A DNA stretch of 62,996 nt, counting the filler, from Reticulomyxa filosa (lineage: Eukaryota > Protista > Foraminifera): NCBI GenBank assembly GCA_000512085.1. It is 21 parts of 21 records of this genome, joined end to end, with 100 filler letters (N's around TTAATTAATTAA, not from the genome) between each part and the next. Parts side by side here need not be neighbours in the genome. Positions count along the whole stretch, not along the records: positions 40,014 to 43,469 come from ASPP01027571.1; positions 43,570 to 47,967 come from ASPP01026016.1; positions 48,068 to 51,760 come from ASPP01021447.1; positions 51,861 to 56,195 come from ASPP01021777.1; 17 more parts are not named here. One strand, given 5' to 3'. The translations under genes were made by a program, and so were the position numbers. The notes under the pieces were generated by a model that searched no databases, was not told the DNA's origin, and saw nothing but the letters and a program-made list of their open reading frames with translations. Shown here one piece after another: positions 40,014 to 53,186 of this stretch; the stretch's first letter is position 1; every line of letters starts with the position of its first letter.

Positions 40014-40855
40014 TTTTCTGGCTTTTTCATAAACTCATACAAAATGTTTTCAAAAAACATTGCCAAAAATTGTTTTTGATTGTAAATTTTGAATAAATAT
40101 ATTCTATCTAAATGATCTTTTTTCAACACTCCACTACCAGTTTCATTAAGATTGGATGAGGGATGACTTACTAAAGTCCTACGGCGTTTCATCATTTCAT
40201 TCAAGTTTTTCCACAAATGCTCACTTATTTCATAAAGTCTCGACATTTTGATGCGTTGAGTAGTGTCAATAATTACTGCTTTAGTGTTTGGATATGTGCT
40301 CAAACCTCCTAATTGAGATGGAATCATTGCACAATTCAATGCCAATTGCATCACAAATGGCGTTTTACCGCTTCCACTCAGTCCACAAATTTCTGTTATT
40401 TCCCTTTTTCCAATGCCTCCATTCAATACATTTGTGTCTAAATATTTGTGACTTGTCACTATTTTTGCATTGTTGCGATTTACATCTTCAATATTTTTTT
40501 CATACTGATCCGACAAATTCGTTTCATCAATTTCTTTTTCCAATCTTTTTATTGTCCAATCGCTTAGGTTTTCTAATCGTTTACCAACGTTTGTGACATT
40601 ATTATGCGGATTGCTCAATGGAGCTTTCATTTTCTCTTCTTTTGGTCTTAAATCAAACAAGGCAGCCAACAGATCATCGTGTTGTCCGTTGGTAAGATTA
40701 AGAACAGCATCTTCCTTCTCTGTACTTTTTTGTTGGTTCTGGAAAGTATGCCGCAACTTTGTTTTAATTTCTTCCAGACTTGTGTTATCCGAAAATATCA
40801 CAGATGGAAGCTCTTTGCCAGGCTCCAATGGAGAAAGAGTAGCTTTCTTATTCAT
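40014..40855 (-). CDS. RAD51 paralogue (RAD51C-like), 3'-truncated
   Basis: LDTNVLNGGI...ITEICGLSGSGKT.FVMQLALN..IPSQLGGL...AVIIDT. Confidence 0.82.
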
Positions 40856-41383
40856 TGCAATGCAAACGTACACGTTTCTGTCCTTTAAGGGGCAAAAGAA
40901 CCTTAAACTTTTTAAAAAAGCGCGTCACGACAACAAATTTTAACAAATCAGATTATTTGAAAAATTGATAAGATATTTTTAAAAAATTAATCGCATTGCC
41001 ACAACTGCTGTTCATTCTTTTTTTTGGTGTATACATTTCTGTCAATATTTACATTTTTATTAGCTCTGCGGCATATTTATCGATATCTCTGCACAAGTGT
41101 TTAAAAATTATCGATTTTAGAATTAAAATAACAAATTAATTGTTGTATTGCTTGCTCAAACATAAAACAAACAAAAAAAAAAGCAAAACAAAAATACAAT
41201 ACGCAATACTTATTAACTTCACAATAAAAAAAAGATTTACAACAAGCAGAAATCAAAAGGCGGAAAGCAGTAAATAAACAATTTCAATTTTAAAAATGTA
41301 TATGTGGCAAAGTTTTTTGATGAAAATGTTCATGTGTAATAAATTACAAAAGAAAAAGAAGCTAAAACTTTGTTTTCCTTTAC

Positions 41384-42343
41384 TTAATATCCTCCAATGG
41401 GGAAAAAATTTTCCTTATTTGATTTTGTGACTTCCCTCAAAAATAATGATGAGCCAACAATATCTGTTTTGTTGTTCATTTGATGGAGCAAGCTTTCTCT
41501 CTTTTTTTCCAGCTGTTGGATGGACTCATTAATTTTTTCCAGCTCTTTGTCAATTGGGTTCTGTGGTATTGTTTCTTGCTGCAATACATTGTTTTCATTT
41601 TTCAAAGGTATTACCAATCCTTCTGTCAATCGGTTAAGACTTATGTCCGATTTGGCAGGAGACGTACTAAAGTTGCTTGACATGCTCAGCAGTGTATTGC
41701 GAAGTGATGAAAACTCTGAAAGCGCGCAAGTAGTGAGAGTGTTGCCAACGGTTTCATTGGGATGAACTAACTTGGATTGCCTTTCATCTAAAGGTATAAT
41801 ATTGCTTTGTGTAAGTGGATTGATGGATTGCACATTAACAAACGCTGCTGCATGTTCATTTGCGAAAGGAATTTTTGGAGCCAGTACACTAGATTGATAC
41901 ATTACATGTTGTGACAAAGGATTAAATGTAGATTGATTGTAAACAGTTGGTAAGTTGTTATTCGCAAAGTACGGAAATATTGCACATGAAGGTAGCACCG
42001 CTGAAACTTGAGGTGTTGTGTTAGGTTGCTTGGAATTGTCCAAAGTATTTCTAAAGGATGAAAAAAAAAAAGTTTGGAGTGTGATTTCGTTATTTGTATT
42101 TTTTTTTCTTCTTCTTTCGTTCCTCAAGTGGCTTTAGTTAAACTTATTATACAAGGATGGTTTCTTTCGTAGCTCGTGCTTGCCATGAGCGAATTGACAT
42201 CCTTGATTGTATGGGCACCATCCAAATTGTTGGAACTTGGAACATAATTCAGTTTTATATAAATGTGGCTTTGCGTTTTTTGGTGAAATACGAGATCGTT
42301 GTTGGTTCTCGTCAATTCCGCAAGTTGTGATGGAGAATTTCAC
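41384..42343 (-). CDS. TIS11/TTP-type CCCH zinc-finger RNA-binding protein
   Basis: YKTELCSKFQQFGWCPYNQGCQFAHG..ELR; phase-2 intron at ~42051-42143; low-complexity C-terminus with a coiled coil. 5' end uncertain. Confidence 0.8.
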
Positions 42344-42898
42344 TCCATTGGTGGAGTGATTGTCTTTGGATATTGCCAGTATTCACAAGCCCGACCAATT
42401 TTTTGGGCTGATTTTTCTTGAATGCTTCGACAGAAGCGTCCAAAACTGAAGGAGCATCAGGAGAAACAGTGACTTCGTTTCTATGGGATGTAATGTTGAG
42501 TTTTGTGAATTAAAAATGTTTTCAAGCCAGACGTAGACATAAATATTCTCTTTTTTTCAATTTTGGTTAAACTCTTTACGGATGGAAATCGCTTGCAATT
42601 TCATCTTTGCTTTAAAAAATATGGATATTAAAGAAATAGCAAGACCGGTCTAAAAATAAAAATTTGTGTCTGATCAAATTGGATCATTGAATGATGAACT
42701 CTAAGTGACATCACTAAATATTTTAAAAAAGAAAATTATTATTAGAGTGAATAGTAGTTAATATTATTGCGGTTTTTATTTCCTAATTAAAATGTCATGT
42801 GAAATGTGTTTACATATTTATCTAAACAATGACTTGAAATTATTGAATAGTTAGCAATTGAAACTTAAAAAATAAAAGCAAAAAACAAACAACAAATT

Positions 42899-43435
42899 TT
42901 AAATTCCTTGCAATTTTTTTAGACGTGCCTCCAAGTCACTTTCCTCATTCGCGGCCGCAGGTTCTTTAAGTTTGGATTGTCCGACTCCGACTTTATTTAT
43001 CTGTGACTGAAATTCTAATCCATGCTCATCCGCAATCTTTTTTTTTATATGTAAAAATTTGATTTTTATGTAATATGACACATACTACTTAAATAGGACA
43101 CGAACCAAGGCAAAAGAAAAAAGGAAAGCGTAACTTGTGCCATCAAGCCGTCAACTTGTGATTCTGGCATGGTTTGAGCGGTTGTTGAATCGATTGCATT
43201 TTCCATATACTTGCTGTTGAGATCTAAGTTTTCAAATTGTTGTTCGAATTTGTCCATCACTGCCGATATCTATGTTTTGACATTCGTTTACATACAAACA
43301 ACCTGAAACACTCCAATCAAAAGTACTCGTAATATATAACCCAAGTGTGTATCACTCAACTTTTTCAACATTCATTGTTTTCATAACCGAATCCATACTT
43401 CCGACAATTTTTGTCATATCTTTTGTTAACTTTTT
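42899..43435 (-). CDS. CHMP1: ESCRT-III CHMP1/Did2, 3' exons
   Basis: MTKIVGSMDSVMKTMNVEK|ISAVMDKFEQQFENLD...TMPESQVDGLMAQ|IADEHGLE...DLEARLKKL. Confidence 0.9.
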
Positions 43436-43569
43436 TCAACAACAAAAAAAGAGATTAGGAAAAAAAAAANNNNNNNNNNNNNNNNNNNNNNNNNNNNNNN
43501 NNNNNNNNNNNNNTTAATTAATTAANNNNNNNNNNNNNNNNNNNNNNNNNNNNNNNNNNNNNNNNNNNN

Positions 43570-44050
43570 TGTTGAATCAAATCTGGTTGCAATTGCCAAG
43601 CTTTCTTGCGAGTATTATTAACCCAATAGATCCAATGTTTGTTGTAATGCTATTAATTGGATATTCTAACTCCAACCATTGGTAAATATTGATCCTGAAT
43701 GATTTGGGAATGTACTTCTTTCAAAATGCAATCAAATCCAATGATAACAAAATTTCATCTCAAATGGGGATTCATTCCATTACAAGATTATGACAATTGA
43801 ATCGCAAATGCTGATGCATACTCGGGACTAGGACGAATAATGGTCTTGTATAATAGATTATACGTGGATAAACTTGGACTGGCACCATTGTATGAACATA
43901 AGTATGTCAAATATCTAAGTTTCATCGTAGCTTTTCATATACGTAATTAATATGCTTGTAATAAGAAACAATCCAAGATGCTTCACATGATCGCATTCTT
44001 TCAGGTTTGAGCGCTGCAATGTCAATTGCATCTTTGGGAATTTCATATCA
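43570..44050 (-). mobile_element. Decayed non-LTR retrotransposon RT C-terminal fragment
   Basis: LLYKTIIRPSPEYAS (LINE RT thumb motif) at ~43810-43857; stops and frameshifts. Confidence 0.75.
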
Positions 44051-47049
44051 TTTTGATAAAAAAAAAATAATATTTACATCATTCATCATTAATATTAACT
44101 TTTCTTAAAAAGTAGTATTTTGAAAGAGATTGCGATTGGAAGTGTCAAGATACTTCGACATCTCTTAAGTTTTGAAGGAGATCTTGAAAGTCAAGTAAGG
44201 ATTTCAAACGTCGTATAGTCCAAGAAAATTCTGGACCAAGAAAGAAAAAAAGAAAATTCTAACTAGAAAATTTTTAACTAGTAAAAATTTTTGTAGTAGA
44301 TTATGGCTGTAAACTATTTTATTACCATTTGGCAACTGTTTTTGTTGCAGTTCATTTTTGGGGGGCTTCGTCGTCGGTTCAGCATCTTGTGACTGTGAGA
44401 GGTGGAAGTGCTTTAAAACTTACCGCATATCTTGTCATCGGTTGCTTTAGTGTACCGTGGTGCAAACTCCTGGTATTGAGATAGTAACTCTTTTACTAGC
44501 AACGGGCGACTTGTGTGAGAGGGTATCGACCATTGTTTAGCCTTAAGAGTGTTCGACGCTTTCAGGGAAATTAGCATTCTCGAGGCAAATAACAGCCTTT
44601 TGAGTTTGGCAGAACTCCGAGGGTCGGGTAATTTCTACTGGACATCGGACTTTTTTTTTATAGCAAGAATGATCTTATCCAAGTTAAAATGAGCACCTCG
44701 TCACAAAAGGAACAAAGTACTCTAATGAAAACAAACAAAAAAGGAAAAGATCAATAAAACATATCAAAAACTCACATACAATCAACAACAAGTGAAAAAA
44801 AATTTTAAGTTTTAATTTAATCTTTAAAATATCAAAAAAAAACAAACAAATCTCAAAGATTGTACGGCGAGATCAATCAACGATTGTGAAAACAAATTTG
44901 GCTATTCACTGTAGAATGATCAGTGGGAATTACAGGAGCAATGCTAATGCTCAACGGAATACTCTGAGCCTTGTCTTTGAAGTGCTGAAGTCTAAGTGAA
45001 ATATTGAGATTCAATTTACCTCTTTTAACAAATTAAAGCAAACTAAAACAAACACTTATCATAAAGAAAAGCATGTGAATGTTGTTGCTATTGTCATTTC
45101 GGCTTATTTAATAGAAAAGTTACTAACTTTTGTTCGATATTCTTTCTTGTAATATTATTTTGTTTCGGCTGTTCATTTTTGGTGTTTCGTTTGTTATCTT
45201 GTGTATATCTGATCTCGCGCAAAACCGCAATATCAGATAAGTATTTTCTTTGTATCTTTGTATTTGTTTCTGTTTTCGCCACAATCTTGTTGACGACGAA
45301 AATCGTTGTTAATAATCGAAGATTAACTTCGAACTTCTTTCAGATACTGCTAGATGTTGCAGTTGTTATGTGCTTGTCTTACTTCAAAATACAACTTTTT
45401 TTTCAAAAGTTTATGTCGATGATGAAGGATGTTTAAATTATTATTTTTTTTTTAACATCGGGTAAAACCGAAACCCACTCGCTGATAACAAGGCTTGTGA
45501 AGGCGATCCGGACGGTCGAGGCAAGGTGTTTTTACCATAATCGGCTCTACTGCAAGCCATGTTGGGACAAAATATCCCCTTGGAATGTATAAAAAAAAAA
45601 ATTTAGCCCACTTCATAATCATTTTCAACTTACTGCAAAACTTGTTTTTTGAAGGGATCTAGGTAGGTAAGGTCAAGATACTCCAAGACCTTTCAAGATT
45701 TGAAATATTAGTATTTGAAATTTTGAGGAAATTTCCTTAAGAAAATTGGCTGTTATTGAAAGATTATTTGGATTAATTAATTGGAAGATTTATTTGAAAC
45801 AATTGAAGAGGTCTTTGGAATATTACAAAGAGATCACAAATTTGTTATTTTGAAGATTTGTTGATTGGATTTGATTGAAATTTGAAATTTTCTCATTGGA
45901 ATATTCTTTTGGAAATTATTTGGAAATTTTTATTGTTGGTATTAAGAAATTGTAATTTAAAGGTTATTTAATCACTTTTGGGATTCAGGCACGATCAGCC
46001 AGGACGCAAAAACAGTGATCCAAAGTTTTATTTAAGGAATAGCGACGTCCCCTTGCAAAAATTTTGCACCGAATATTAAAGTGTTTGGAGTTTGGTGAAG
46101 ATGATTTGATTGCCGAACAAGTCATTGGCAAAACACAATTGAAAGCGTATAGAAGAATAAAATACATAGGCAAGCTGTCATGTGATTCGTTATCATCATT
46201 ACCAAATATTATAAATCAAAATAATACTGCTTCACAATCTTGCTATCAAAGCAGATCAAAAGCAGATGAAACAAAATAAAAGAAAATCAGTGGAAATTAA
46301 ACCGCAAGACCGTGTTCCTTTCAAACGTCCAAGACCTCAAGATGACGAAAATGAACTTGAGAAGACAAATAAAAAGCAAAGAATCCAAATATTGCAAAAA
46401 GAAGATAATCAGGAATTGAAAATAGAAGAAATTAAAGAAAAAGAATTGAATGATGAAAACATTTGGAAAGAAAACAAGAAGGTGCGCAAGATTACTTTTG
46501 CAGAACAAGCCCTTCACAGCATTGCATGTTCAATCCTGGAATACAGTTACTAGCCCTGATCATAGATAACAATCTGGTGCTTGTAATGTATTTATAAACA
46601 TATTCTTTCAATGGTAAGTATTTTTATACATATCAATACGATCTTGTTTACTCAATGATCGTATGAATGTCATTGTGTTTCGTAAATAATCTTGGAATGT
46701 TAATCTATCCAATTTTATTGCTGTATTTGGGTCCAAAATTTCATTTTTGTGTTGTCTCTCATCAACAACATTTTGAGATTGTTGTTCTTTATTATTTATA
46801 ATAGTCGCATGGATGAAACCAATACGCAATTTTGCATGTTTCTTGGCTTGATCTATAGACTTGTAATGTATGTATATGAATGCCTTTTTGAGATTTCTTC
46901 GAACGATAAACTATTCTAATTGAATATCAGCAATATCTTCTTCAGGACAAATCTGACACATGACAAATGATGTGTTTGCCCGATAATGCTGCATTAATAT
47001 TATTCACAGTGTAACACTAATTTGTGATTGTGGACATATAGATATATAT

Positions 47050-47430
47050 TTTTTTTTGTGAAAGAACTTGGAGAAAATGGTGTTCCTGAGATTTATTGGA
47101 TCAAAGGACATTCTGGCATTCCTGGAAATAAACGAGCAGAATTTGAACAACCTGAATTATTTAGGGATTCCTGTTCAAGATTAAAAGATCTGATTCATCA
47201 GATTGCAAATGGTGAAGAAGTTTTTTTTTTTTTTTGGTGAAGAAACTGTTAAACATTTCCTGATGGAATGTCCACATTATCAAGGACTTAGAGAAATATG
47301 ACGAGCAATCAAGAATTTGTTGCCGCATTTTCAATTAAACACATCGAACCTGAAACAAGAACAAAATTTGTCAAAGAACTTGTAAAGTTCATCGTGGCAA
47401 CTGGAAGGAAAAAATGGAATTGGATATAGT
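47050..47430 (+). mobile_element. Decayed LINE RNase H and C-terminal CCHC fragment
   Basis: YWIKGHSGIPGNKRA (RNase H) and EETVKHFLMECPHYQGLR (knuckle), typical of RNase H-bearing LINE clades. Confidence 0.8.
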
Positions 47431-50400
47431 ATTGATATGCCTGATACCAGAAACAAACAACGACAATCCAAAATGGCGTTGCGACACAAGTGAATAGCCA
47501 TAAAATGAAAGACGCCAGATGATGGATTAAAAGATGAAGTTGCAAAGAAAGCAAAGTATGCAACAAAACAAGAAAAAGATTGATGAAATCACATTTGAAA
47601 ATGTGTGAAAGAAAAATATGCAAATTCGACGACAATTACTGTGTACGAATACGACAACGGTCGTCGTCACTCCAATCAAGCCCAAAGAACTTAAATCAGT
47701 AACATCGGTGATTAAGTTTATTGGATTAAGAAACAAGAACGCGTTGTCCAGAAAAGTATTAGCGCATACATTTTCTGGAAATTTACGGACATTATTTGTT
47801 CATTTTGCAGTTAATGTCAATAAGCAGTAACTAACTTATCTAGCTCAAAATTTCAATGATGCGAAGGATGTACAAATGGAACAAAAAGAAAACCAAGATG
47901 GTAAACATATTATAAGACAGCCAAATGTGACATTTATCGAAAGACATTCGCTGCTGAACAAAAAGAANNNNNNNNNNNNNNNNNNNNNNNNNNNNNNNNN
48001 NNNNNNNNNNNTTAATTAATTAANNNNNNNNNNNNNNNNNNNNNNNNNNNNNNNNNNNNNNNNNNNNTTCAACAAAATTTTGAAATTTTTAAAAAAAATT
48101 TTAATATTTAAAAACTACAATATTAGTAGATATTTTTTTTTAAAAAAATTATGTTTAAATCTTTATTTTTCATGAAGAAAATCGATTCTCTTCATATAGT
48201 GCCATTTATGTATGTCAGTTTTTTTTGCATATACTGTAACAATAATATCAAATGACATGTAATGAAAATATACTGTAGAGGTAAAGTTTAGCAAAAAGCA
48301 TAAAGAATATGTTATGTTAGTCGCTGAATCTGAATAGTTTGTCAATATATGCAAAAAAACAATGAAATACATATCAAGTCTAACACTAAGGCAAACTGAT
48401 TCATGCAAAAAGAAAAATGCAATTAGATTACAAGTATTAAATATTAATTGTTATAAAAAACCAAAACAAGTGTATTTTAAATCAGTTGTTAATATTATGT
48501 ATTTTTTGTTCGTTTAGATAATAATATTTTTTAAATTTTAATTAAAGTTTATACAAGATGAAGATAGAAGTGCAAGAGTTTATCTCAGTATAATGGTTAC
48601 CACTGATTCACAATTTTATCGCTGATTGTGCATTGTACCTAAAAAGATCATTATTGATTGTTCTTATTGCAGACTTTCTTCTTTTTTATTAAAGAATATT
48701 AATGAGAATTTTCAAAAAAAAAAAGACAAAAAATAATAAATCGCAAAACATTAAAAACAGCACTAAAGCCATTTGTTAAGCACAGTTATTAGACAATGAA
48801 TAAATCATTTATGAAAGGCAAATTGAAGAGTGATAGATATATCAATACTTTAATTCTCCAATCGTTATCTTCAAGGGATTGCTCTAAAAGCACAACTGTG
48901 ACATGCACTTTCTTTTCTCAAGCTTTGCTTATTTGCAAAAAAAGAGGAAAATGAACCCTTTTTGCAGTTCTAACTGTAGTTACAAGGGACCTCACAAGTT
49001 TTTTAAAGCAAAAAAAAATCATTATTAATCAAGAATGAGCAGTTTATATAACAAAGATGGACTTTGGGTAAGCCATTTGTATCGTCAAAAACCTTTGCTC
49101 GATGTGGTTGACTCTCAGTGGAGAAAAGAGCATATTTACTCAGACGGTTAGTTTTATGTTGTAATAGTGTAAGATAAACAAATAAATATTGATGTTTCAA
49201 ATTGTTTAAATTATATTATATAGACATATATATTTCACCAAAAGCAGAATCTGGAGCCAACAATGCAATTGGAGGTCATTGATTTGTTTTATAATGAATA
49301 TAACTATACTTTTTTAATATAACAAAACAAAATAAATATACAATAATTAATTAGATCCTAAACAGAAATCAAAAAAGCTATGGGCGTCAACTGGACTTCA
49401 AAAATCAACACCATCTAATGGCATATTATAATAACAACAAATGAGGAAACATGTTTTTTAAATGATGAACTTTTGTGCTTTTTCCAACACATTGGATCGT
49501 GTGTTCCAAATCTTGTTTTTGTTTTGCTTTTCAATTTATTTTTTCATTGGTACACGTTATTTACATTCCGAATGGCAAGGTCTTGCAGACGTGAACTACT
49601 TGCGTTTAATAACATTCAAAAATCGTTTTATTCAATAAAAAATTAAATAAAGAACAATGTACATTTCATAACCCAGAAAAAAAGCAAACAAAAAATAATT
49701 CTTCAAATTCTCGCTTTTGTTCGTTATTTTTATTTAATTAGCTGTTAACACAACTTTTGTGCTTGTTTTGTTTTATGCTGTGCATTTTTTTGTTTGCCAA
49801 CGAAGTGAATGTAAACGTCAACGCGTTTTCTTTACAATCACTTTTTCTCTTAGTAGAGCAATGCAACGTTATCGTAATTATTGACCAATATTATTGACAA
49901 ATTTTTTTGCGTTCAGAGAAAAAATAAACGAAAATATATTGGAAACGAAATCAGTTAAATTTTATTGTATTTTCAACTATTAAATAAAAAACTGTATTTT
50001 TTAGCGAGAAATAGACTTATGCTAGTCAAAGAGTAAGTTATCCTAAAAGAACACAATATTATAAAAGAAAAACAAAAAGCAAAAGATCACAAAACTTGAA
50101 AAAACTCACACAAGCTAGACAAAAAACGAAAAAACATATTTCAATTGTTGATTAAGCATTGAAATATAAAAAACCAAATTGAATATCAAATGTTGTAAGT
50201 CGATATCAACAAACAATTGTAAAACAATTTTTGCTATTTAATGTGGATATCATTGATTACAGTAGTTGATCACTGAATAGTATGATCACTTGTTTCGAAT
50301 TGTTGAAGTATAAGAGAATATTGAAATTCAATATACGTCTTTCAACAAATTAAAGAAAATCAAAACAAAAAAATTTAATACTTATCATAATTAAAAAATT

Positions 50401-51186
50401 TTGTTTGCTATTTTTGATTGTCCATGATATACTGGTTGATCGCATGTTTCATATAGCATCGTTTGGCTTGTGAGTAGTTGACAGATATATAAGATTTTCA
50501 ACTAGCTAAAAAGAATTTTTTTATTTTGTTTTCTTCGAATTTGTCTTTGTGCCGCTTTGCAACAAACTTCACAAGACAAATAGTTAAAAATCTTTGAAGT
50601 GATCCTTCAACATTATTTCCAGATTACAAATCGAAGTCTAGTGACTATTGATCATTTCGATTTCAATATTGTAAATTCATCTTCAATTCTTACAATTACA
50701 ACCTTTTTAGCAAAAGTATTAGCGATGAATTGTACTAAAATGATTTTTTTTCGAATCAATTGCAAGGTTTTGCAGTAATTGGAGGATCTACAATTATGAA
50801 TTGAATGTTCATTCTGGCCATCTTGGCAATATCCAAAAATAAAGAAGCAAAAATTGAAACATTGAATTTAAGAATTTACAGATTTTTTTAAGTTTGGCCA
50901 ATTTTTTTTTGGCATGGGTATTTTGGTCATTATTTTGTTGTTCACGCAACAAATACTTGGGCGTTTTCGGGAAAAAGTCGTTACATGCTTCAATTTTTTC
51001 TGAAACATAAAATCTTTGATTGATAAAACAAAATTGAGAGCTTGAAGCAACCATTGGCAGAGGCTGCAGGCTCGCCACGGGATTGTCAGTTTGATTTTCG
51101 TCGGTGCTGTGTGCCTTCGATTCATCCACGACTCTTCCAATGTCTTTGCGCAGCCAAGGCCATATAACAGCGACTTGCGTCAAGTC

Positions 51187-51450
51187 AAGTTTGCAAAGAC
51201 CAAATACTATGGCATTGGCAAAGTGATGTTCATTGAATTTGGCAGTCTCACCAACGGCGAAATCATTTGATTGGAATTGCGACATTGGTGGCCCAATGGA
51301 AGTGATGGAACTGTAGATGGCAAAGAGTATTTCAAATGCCAGCATGGTTATTCGTACTTTTGCTCGCGAAATGCCTTTTCCAATTGTTTCTTTGTCGCCC
51401 GCCGTAGCGTTGGCATCCCATTCGTCCAGTTCCACTCCAAGATAGTCTTT
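51187..51450 (+). pseudogene. CAP-Gly domain pseudogene with an abutting inverted CAP-Gly fragment
   Basis: Plus strand: GIGKVMFIEFGSLTNGEII*LELRHWWPNGSDGTVDGKEYFKC (TGA at 51268-51270). Minus strand 51403-51450: KDYLGVELDEWDANA. Confidence 0.7.
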
Positions 51451-52538
51451 GATGCTAACTTTGATGCATTTTCTGTCTGAGCTGGTCCCATTGCCATGAT
51501 TCAAATGAGCAATATCATGACGAAGTATTCACACGTTTGACAATGCGTTCCATAATTATCTTTCATTGTCTTTAATTATAATTAATAATATGATATGTCA
51601 AAGGACAAGTCATTTGATAATCTTTTTAAAAAAGTCAGTACTGCAAGACATCACTCTCCATTTCAGTTCTACAGACAAGCAGTAGTGAACTCTTTGTTGT
51701 TTGTTACTAAACACAAACATTACAAAGTTAAAAAATAAAAAACTTGAACCACATCCCCCCNNNNNNNNNNNNNNNNNNNNNNNNNNNNNNNNNNNNNNNN
51801 NNNNTTAATTAATTAANNNNNNNNNNNNNNNNNNNNNNNNNNNNNNNNNNNNNNNNNNNNATCAAAAAACTGAGTCAAACAAACATTATGTTTGTTTGAT
51901 AGTTCAAAATTTTCTTTTTTTTTTTTAGTAATCGGCTGTATGTTCAATCGCAATTTGTTTGTTCCTTCTGTATGAAGGAAAACTCCCATTAAGTAGCTAG
52001 TTGCTTTACCTTTGCTTTTTTGTCTTTTCTATTTTTTTTTTGACAAGGAAACTGCTTGATGCCCTTGTTATCTTTTTTGTAATTTTTTTTTCTCCTTGTC
52101 CTCTTTTTTTTTTCTTAGCGCACTTATTGGCTTCCTCTCGCTTCCTGCGTGTGTCGAAAGCACAAGAGGAAGATACCTTTTCAAATTGGGTTTTGTCATG
52201 TTCCGCTATTTATACAATTTTGTTTATTAGCCAAAAGGTGAAGTTTAATGTAATTTTTTTAATTTCAGGTCATTTTTGTGGTTTTTATTCGATATTAAAC
52301 TGATTTTAAGGTCGCAGGGTCTTTCCCATCCATTCGAAACTTTTCAAAAATTGGAAAATTCTACATAGAACATAATTTATATTTCAATTCCCTTTTTTTA
52401 TATGCCAAACAAACGTGATCCCGACTGTGTATATCTGAGAATATTCCAAGCCGGGTCCAACGTGTTGAAAAAAGAGTTTTTTTTTCAAAAACAAAACTCA
52501 GAAACCCTCCAATAAGAAATTTGATTTAAAAAACCGAA

Positions 52539-53135
52539 ATGTTATCTTCAGCTTTTGCCATTTCCTCTTGTCGTGGTTGTGACGCAAGTGATTGTAATTG
52601 CGGCGCGTCAAAAAGAAAAGATAAAGACAAAGACAAAGACAAAGATACTGAAGAAAAATCAAAAGACACAAGTACTAAAACAACAGAAAAAGAAAAAGAA
52701 AAAGAAAAAGAAAAAGAAAAAGAGAGCTCAAACTATAATCAACCATTCTCTCCTAATGGAATGCGTCGATCAAAATCTCATGAAAATTTTCAATCTCCTC
52801 GTCATTCAACGAAAACTGATCAAAATAAAGATGGAAAAAGTGATTCAGTGAAACGTGTAGGATCTTACGATACATTACAAAAATTAAAAAAGCAAGAAGA
52901 AGAAAAAGAAAAACGTCGTGAATGGAATTTAAAATATGAAAAAATTGATGAAAAGGAAGAAATTCGTCATGAAGAAGATGAAGAAGAAGAAGAAGATAAA
53001 GGAAGTAAAAGAAGAGAAAATAATGAAAGAGAAAGAGATAAAGAAAAAGAAAAAGATAAAGAAAAAGATAAAAGTTATTTTGAAGAAATTTCATCATGGC
53101 TTTCATGGGGTTCTAATCGTGATGAAAATAAATAA
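52539..53135 (+). CDS. Highly charged KE/KD-rich low-complexity protein
   Basis: 198-aa ORF with a Cys cluster at the N-terminus and EK/DK repeats; convergent with FabD. Confidence 0.5.
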   Translation: MLSSAFAISSCRGCDASDCNCGASKRKDKDKDKDKDTEEKSKDTSTKTTEKEKEKEKEKEKESSNYNQPFSPNGMRRSKSHENFQSPRHSTKTDQNKDGKSDSVKRVGSYDTLQKLKKQEEEKEKRREWNLKYEKIDEKEEIRHEEDEEEEEDKGSKRRENNERERDKEKEKDKEKDKSYFEEISSWLSWGSNRDENK

Positions 53136-53186
53136 AAATAAAGAATAATTGTTAACAATTTATCTTTTCTTTTTTTTTTTTTTTTT

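Noticed and set aside
45478-45506. Hammerhead-like CTGATAA-stem-GAAG
   Set aside because: G8 and the GAAA core are not conserved, and there is no stem III or cleavage triplet.
36790-51270. In-frame TGA codons (~36810, 51268) as stop-codon reassignment or Sec
   Set aside because: Both lie in disrupted loci, the second replaces a Gly, TGG is used for Trp throughout, and TGA terminates other genes.
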